In this document: piece by piece, positions 58,671 to 64,000 of the stretch | How the letters are laid out: the number at the start of each line of letters is the position of its first letter | Position numbering within the stretch: the stretch's first letter is position 1 | DNA from: Ranitomeya imitator | Lineage: Eukaryota | DNA length: 64,000 nucleotides | Assembly: GCF_032444005.1 (NCBI RefSeq) | Contig: NC_091283.1 | Coordinates: 811,580,001-811,644,000 of the forward strand | Reading direction: 5' to 3' | Notes under the pieces: generated by a model | Databases searched by the model: none | Seen by the model: only the letters and a program-made list of their open reading frames with translations | What the model was told of the DNA's origin: nothing | Program-made: the position numbers and the translations under genes

Positions 58671-61359
58671 TATATGTATAGGGGGTTGATCAGTGGTAGA
58701 CAAACCCTTTAATGTGTGCTGCATATTTTCTCTCTGATTCACAGAATAGATTTCCTATAAGTTCCATTAATGAAACACGCTTAGAATGTGTTTGTGACCT
58801 ATGTGCACATTGAGGGTACGTGCACACGACGTCATTAATGCAGCAACGAAGCCATCAAAGTTTTATTCCACAAAGTCACTTCTGTAAAAGCCAGCCGCTT
58901 TCTTCCTGAAGCAGCTCCACCATTGATTTGTGGTCCCCAGCATCTTTTTTCACTGATTTATACTATAGCTAGGCAGCAGCATCCTAACAGAAGCCACCCA
59001 AAGAATGACAGTGCTGTTTCTTTTAAATACTTCAGTGTTTCTGAGCCCCGAAGCGCTTAAAAGAAGTAACATATGATGGAATATCTGCACAGCAAGGTTG
59101 GTTTTAAATTGCTGTGCAATATGTTCATGTTTTGCGGCGCTCTTTATGACGGATTGAAGGCAAATCTGCCTGAAGAGTCATTGTGCACATACCGACAAGC
59201 TGGGATCCATAATGTGATGCAGTTGTGTGCTGTTGTTGAATCTGATGATGTAGCCATAAACTGGTGGTAGTAATGGGGGATGTAGTCTTGTACTGTCAGT
59301 GGATCTGCTGATGTAGTTATGTACTGATGGTGGTTTTGGTTATGTAGCTGTGTTATGATGATGGTTCTGGTTATGTAGTCATGTACTGATTGTGGAAATA
59401 GTGACTCAGTGTAGATGTGGCAATCTTTTATTTATTAGATTTGATAGTAGATCATTATTAGGGTCAGAGTGCTGGACTAAAAATGCCGCCATCTGAATGA
59501 GGCGATATATGTCAGCGAAACAAAGTATTTGACTAAAACCCCCATATACTATAGACAACTGTCTGCACGCGCTGGTGAGTGTTCCTGTGTTCTCTATAAG
59601 AGCTGTTGCCAAAAATCTCTGTTGGCCGCTTATCACTTAAAAAAGGATCTGCAGTCTGAAATTGGACATGACAGATTCTTATCTTCTTCCGACATCATTA
59701 GTCTTGGGCACCTATGAATATTAGACTGTTGGCCATACCTGTCAATATCTCTGGGTTTGGCAAACTTTAGTATAATATGAATGAGTGCCTTTACTACTAT
59801 CTAAAGGATATGGGCACTTTTAGGGTATGTACATGTGATGTTTTTTAGACAGCTGTGAACCCTTCGAGTTTTTCAGGTGGAAGACGCTCCAGGTGACACC
59901 AGTGTCTTTTATTTATCCTGAAGCATCTTTTCTTGTCATTCATGTTTTCTGACATCTTTTGGCTGTTTTTTTATTTAAATTGTATTAATGAGTGGCTTCA
60001 AGGGGAAGCCGCCTGAAAAGTGGTCAGGTCACTTCTTTTACCACTTTGAAAACCTGAAGTGGTTAAAAGAAGATCAAAAGACAGAACGTATGCACAGCAA
60101 GTCGTTTTTAGACTCCAGTGCATATTCACATTCTTTTTAGCAATCGTTTAGTGCTTTTTCAAGTGGGTTACAGAGCAGACCTGTATGAATTAGACGGTGT
60201 GGGCATATACAATTGCTCTTACTTCTCAGTAGGTGGCGTGACCACTTATTATACCTAGGGCAGCATGAACGCCAAGTACGGCCCTGCTCAGGTGTTTTTT
60301 TTGTTTCTTTTATTCTAAAGTATTTTAGTTAATGTTTTGTTAATGTTTCTTGTTGTTTTGTTTTCTCTTTTTTATAGCACGATTTTTGTCATCCGTTAAG
60401 CAATGAATAAAATGCTGGAGTTTGTTCAGCGAAACTCTAATTGAAAAAGCACCAGCGTTTTTTTTAGCCTTTCTATTGACTTCGATTATAAAGTATGGAG
60501 CTTCTTCCTAGCAGAAAATGCCTGAATAATGTACACTACTTTAAAAAAAAAATGTTTTATGTCTTTAAAAGAACGTTAAAAAACCTTAACATATACGAAG
60601 AGTAAGTTGTTTTTGCTTGAAAATGAATAAGAAAATTATTTTGAGCACTTTTTCCAGCATTTTTAGGAGTGATTTGCTCAAAACACACCATAAACCAACA
60701 TAGTGCGAACATATCCAAAAACTCAAAAAAAAAAAACAGGAGTGTTTCTTAAAGGGATTTCTGCTTGAAGCACTCATGGTTCTTGACTGCGTAAATAAAA
60801 AAAAATATACATGAAAAATATACGTAAGACCTTCATATGAGGCCACTTTATTGAGCCACGAACTTTTGTCAGTTGGGCACGAAGAACTACCAACTTTCAG
60901 CTGGTGGATGATTTACCAATATACCCCTGTGCAAGAATTTAAAAATATCAAAAGTGTATTAGAAAGTTTCAAAATTTTTCATTATGCGATAAAAGTTAAA
61001 AAAAAACTCATCAATACACAACGTAATCATCGACAAACAATGAACATCCTTCACCTGTCAGTTCTGCCAGGCTCTGGTTGACAGCATTATCTCCATGGTC
61101 ATGTAATAATTTTGCCAGAGGATAAAATTCATACAATTCCGGTATTTCCAGTCCTGCTGTCACTGTACGTTCTGGGTTTAAGGACACACCAGCAACTTTG
61201 CTCTAATTATTTTAAAGGCATTGTTTTAAGAATAAGAAAAACTCCATGGGTTTGTTATTGACCTTTACTAAAAATGATGGCCGCTTATTTCCCTGCCACA
61301 GTTAGTACATGACTCTCACCCTCTCTCCTTCTACATTGCTCAGAAAAGAGCGCCATGCA

Positions 61360-62015
61360 GCAGCGGCTGGCACTGGGATACCGCGACCGAGTGGGGTCAG
61401 ACGATCGCAGCGGACTGTGACGCATACACCTTCAGTAGTCAGAACAGCTTCACCGTCCTATTAGCAGTTCTGACTTTCTTTGCTATGGTGCTACAAGGGT
61501 TAAACTGCTTAGTTGGACTCCTGGAGTTCTCTGTCTTGGGTTGTATCAGCTGTTCTGAGTTCTTTACTCCCAGCAGGTATAAACACCCTCCTCCTTGCTT
61601 CTGACCTTGCCAGTGATAGCTACCACTACCTGGTTTGGAGTTAAAGGAGGAGAGTTCAGTGTTTGGAGTAGATAGTTGGAGAGATTTTCAGGAGATTGCT
61701 GGGTGGAGTTGGTTTGCATGTTAATCCTTATCCTCTCCCATTTGGTTTTTTTCTTCCTATTCCTCCCCTATTTCCAACTTTGTTGTTCTGTCAGTGTATT
61801 TGTATGATTGTAGTTTTCTTTTATCCCTGTCTGGGTAGTGTTTTCCCATAGATGTTAGCCTCACACCTCCCTGTGTGGGGGAGGGAACAGATAAGGTAAA
61901 AGCACAGCAAGGTACATGACCCCAACATCTCCACCATCCGGGGTAATCCAGGGGACAGCAATAGCCTAGGGCGCCCCTAGTTTGAGGGATTGTGTATTCC
62001 CCTATCACTACGTGA
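61360..62015 (+). mobile_element. Probable solo Gypsy-type LTR
   Basis: TATAA-like box ~61578, LTR-like body, degenerate CGTGAC(T) end; boundaries approximate. Confidence 0.4.
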
Positions 62016-62061
62016 CTGTGGCCATGTGCCTGGAGCTGGTAGATGAACAGACAAGATCATG

Positions 62062-62580
62062 CAGTCATGGCCGAAAGAGTTGGCATCCTTGAAATTGTTC
62101 CAGAAAATGAAGTATTTTTCCCTGCCATAGTGTTTCATTTAATTCAAATGTCAATGGATAGTTTGCGCTGATGCACCCTGAGTCTGAAGGACAGCTTGCA
62201 TTTCTTTGGAAGTTGTTTGGGGCTGTTTATTCACCATCTTGACTATCCTGCGTTGCAACCTTTCATCAATTTTTCTCTGTAGCCCACGTCCAGGAAGATT
62301 AGCTACAGTGCCATGGGTTGTAAACTCCTTGCATATGTTGTGCACAATGGACAAAGGAACATCAAGATGGACTTGTAACCTTGAAATTGTTGGTATTTTT
62401 CATCAATTTTGGTTCTCAAGTCCTCAGACCGCTCTCTTCTCCTCTTTCTGTTCTCCACACACAGACACACAATGCAAAGATTGAGTCAACTTCTCCCTTT
62501 TTATCTTATTTTCCGGTGTGATTTTCATATTACCCACACCTGTTACTTGCCACAGGTGACTTTAAATGAGCATCACATGC
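62062..62580 (-). mobile_element. Tc1 transposase fragment
   Basis: IVHNICKEFTTHGTVANLPGRGLQRKIDERLQRRIVKMVNKQPQTTSKEM is a Tc1 HTH region; CAGTCATGGCC terminal-like sequence at ~62083. Confidence 0.7.
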
Positions 62581-63404
62581 TTGAAACATCACGCTCCCTT
62601 CGGCACACCCGTATCTTGACGGCGAAGGGTCTGCTGAAGACTACTGTGCCTGTCATTACGATCCTCCTGTGAACGTCGGCTCATTGCAGCATCAAGTCCA
62701 CTTAGGAAAAATTTAAAAAAAAAAACACAAAAGTTCAAATCACCCTCCTTTTGCCCCTTCAAAAATAAAACAATAAAAAATGCACATATTTGGTATTGTT
62801 GCGTTCATAAAAGTTCGATCTACCATTAAAAAAAATAATCTGATTGGTAAATGGCGTAACAAAAAAATTCTAAACTCCAAAATTTTTTTGGGCAAGTGCA
62901 ATAAAATGCAAATAGATGATCAAAAAATCGCATCTAAAATAAGCCTTCATCGAGCCCCAGATACCAAAAAATTTAAGTGTTACTGGTCTCGGAAAACGGA
63001 AACATAAGCAAGAAGTTTTTAAAAAATTTCTAGTTTTTTTTTTCACCACTTAAATAATGTTTGGTAGCTGCATACTCGTTCTAATGGCAGGTCAGTTTTA
63101 CCATATAGTGAACATGGTAAAAAAAAATAAACACAAAAAAAATAAAGAAATTGAATTTTTTGCAATTTCACTGTACTTGGAATTTTTTTTCCAGTACACT
63201 CTGTTGTAGAATGAATGGTGTAATTTAAAAGTACAACTTGTCCCGCAAAAAACAAGCCCTCACATAGCTATGTTGATGGAAAAATAAATATTTTATGGCT
63301 CTTGGAAGAAGGAGACAAAAAACGAAAACAAAAAAAAAGGAAAATGGCCTGAAGAGGTTACTACTATTTTGCAGTACATACAACATTATGATTTTTTTAT
63401 TGCA

Positions 63405-64000
63405 TTATACTACATGGCTGGGCAATATACTACGTCACTGGGCAATATACTACGTGACTGGCCAATATACTACGTGACTGGGCAATATACTACGTCACTG
63501 GCCAATATACTACGTGACTGGGCAATATACTACGTCACTGGGCAATATACTACGTGACTGGGCAATATACTACGTGACTGGCCAATATACTACGTGACTG
63601 GGCAATATACTACGTGCCTGGACAATGTACTACGTCACTGGGCAATATACTACGTGGCTGGGCAATATAGTACGTGACTGGTCAATATACTACGTGACTG
63701 GGCAATATACTACGTGGCTGGGCAATATACTACGTGGCTGGGCAATATACTACGTGACTGTGCAATATACTACGTGGCTGGGCAATATACTACGTGATTG
63801 GGCAATGTACTACGTGACTGGGCAATATACTACGTGACTGGGCAATATACTACGTGACTGGGCAATATACTACGTGACTGGGCAATATACTACGTCACTG
63901 GGCAATATACTACGTCACTGGCCAATATACTACGTGACTGGGCAATATACTACGTGCCTGGACAATGTACTACGTCACTGGGCAATATACTACGTGGCTG
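63405..64000. repeat. 20-bp minisatellite (GGGCAATATACTACGTGACT) running off the window end
   Basis: About 30 tandem copies with GTGA/GTCA/GTGG variants. Confidence 0.95.

Overview
Repeat-rich vertebrate genomic DNA; the transposon families (T2-type MITEs, Tc1, Helitron, Penelope, sushi-type Gypsy) suggest a frog (inference). Three host genes are supported: (1) the last four coding exons of CUZD1 (+, ZP domain and TM, 17-3200); (2) a complete five-exon PAAT/C10orf88 (-, 19600-10359, 409 aa); (3) an intact, intronless MARCHF6 ORF (-, ATG 38024, stop 35301, 907 aa) behind its own CpG-island promoter. Vertebrate MARCHF6 is normally a many-exon gene, so this looks like a functional retrogene and is the most interesting object here. 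Mobile DNA includes a full-length Gypsy chromovirus whose primer site is complementary to its own LTR (self-priming), a Tc1 with perfect 200-bp IR/DR ends, nested Helitrons, a Penelope GIY-YIG relic, three hammerhead-ribozyme-like motifs (two in fold-back elements), solo LTRs, MITEs and minisatellites. All alignments were done by eye and orthology calls rest on recalled human protein sequences; no database search was run.
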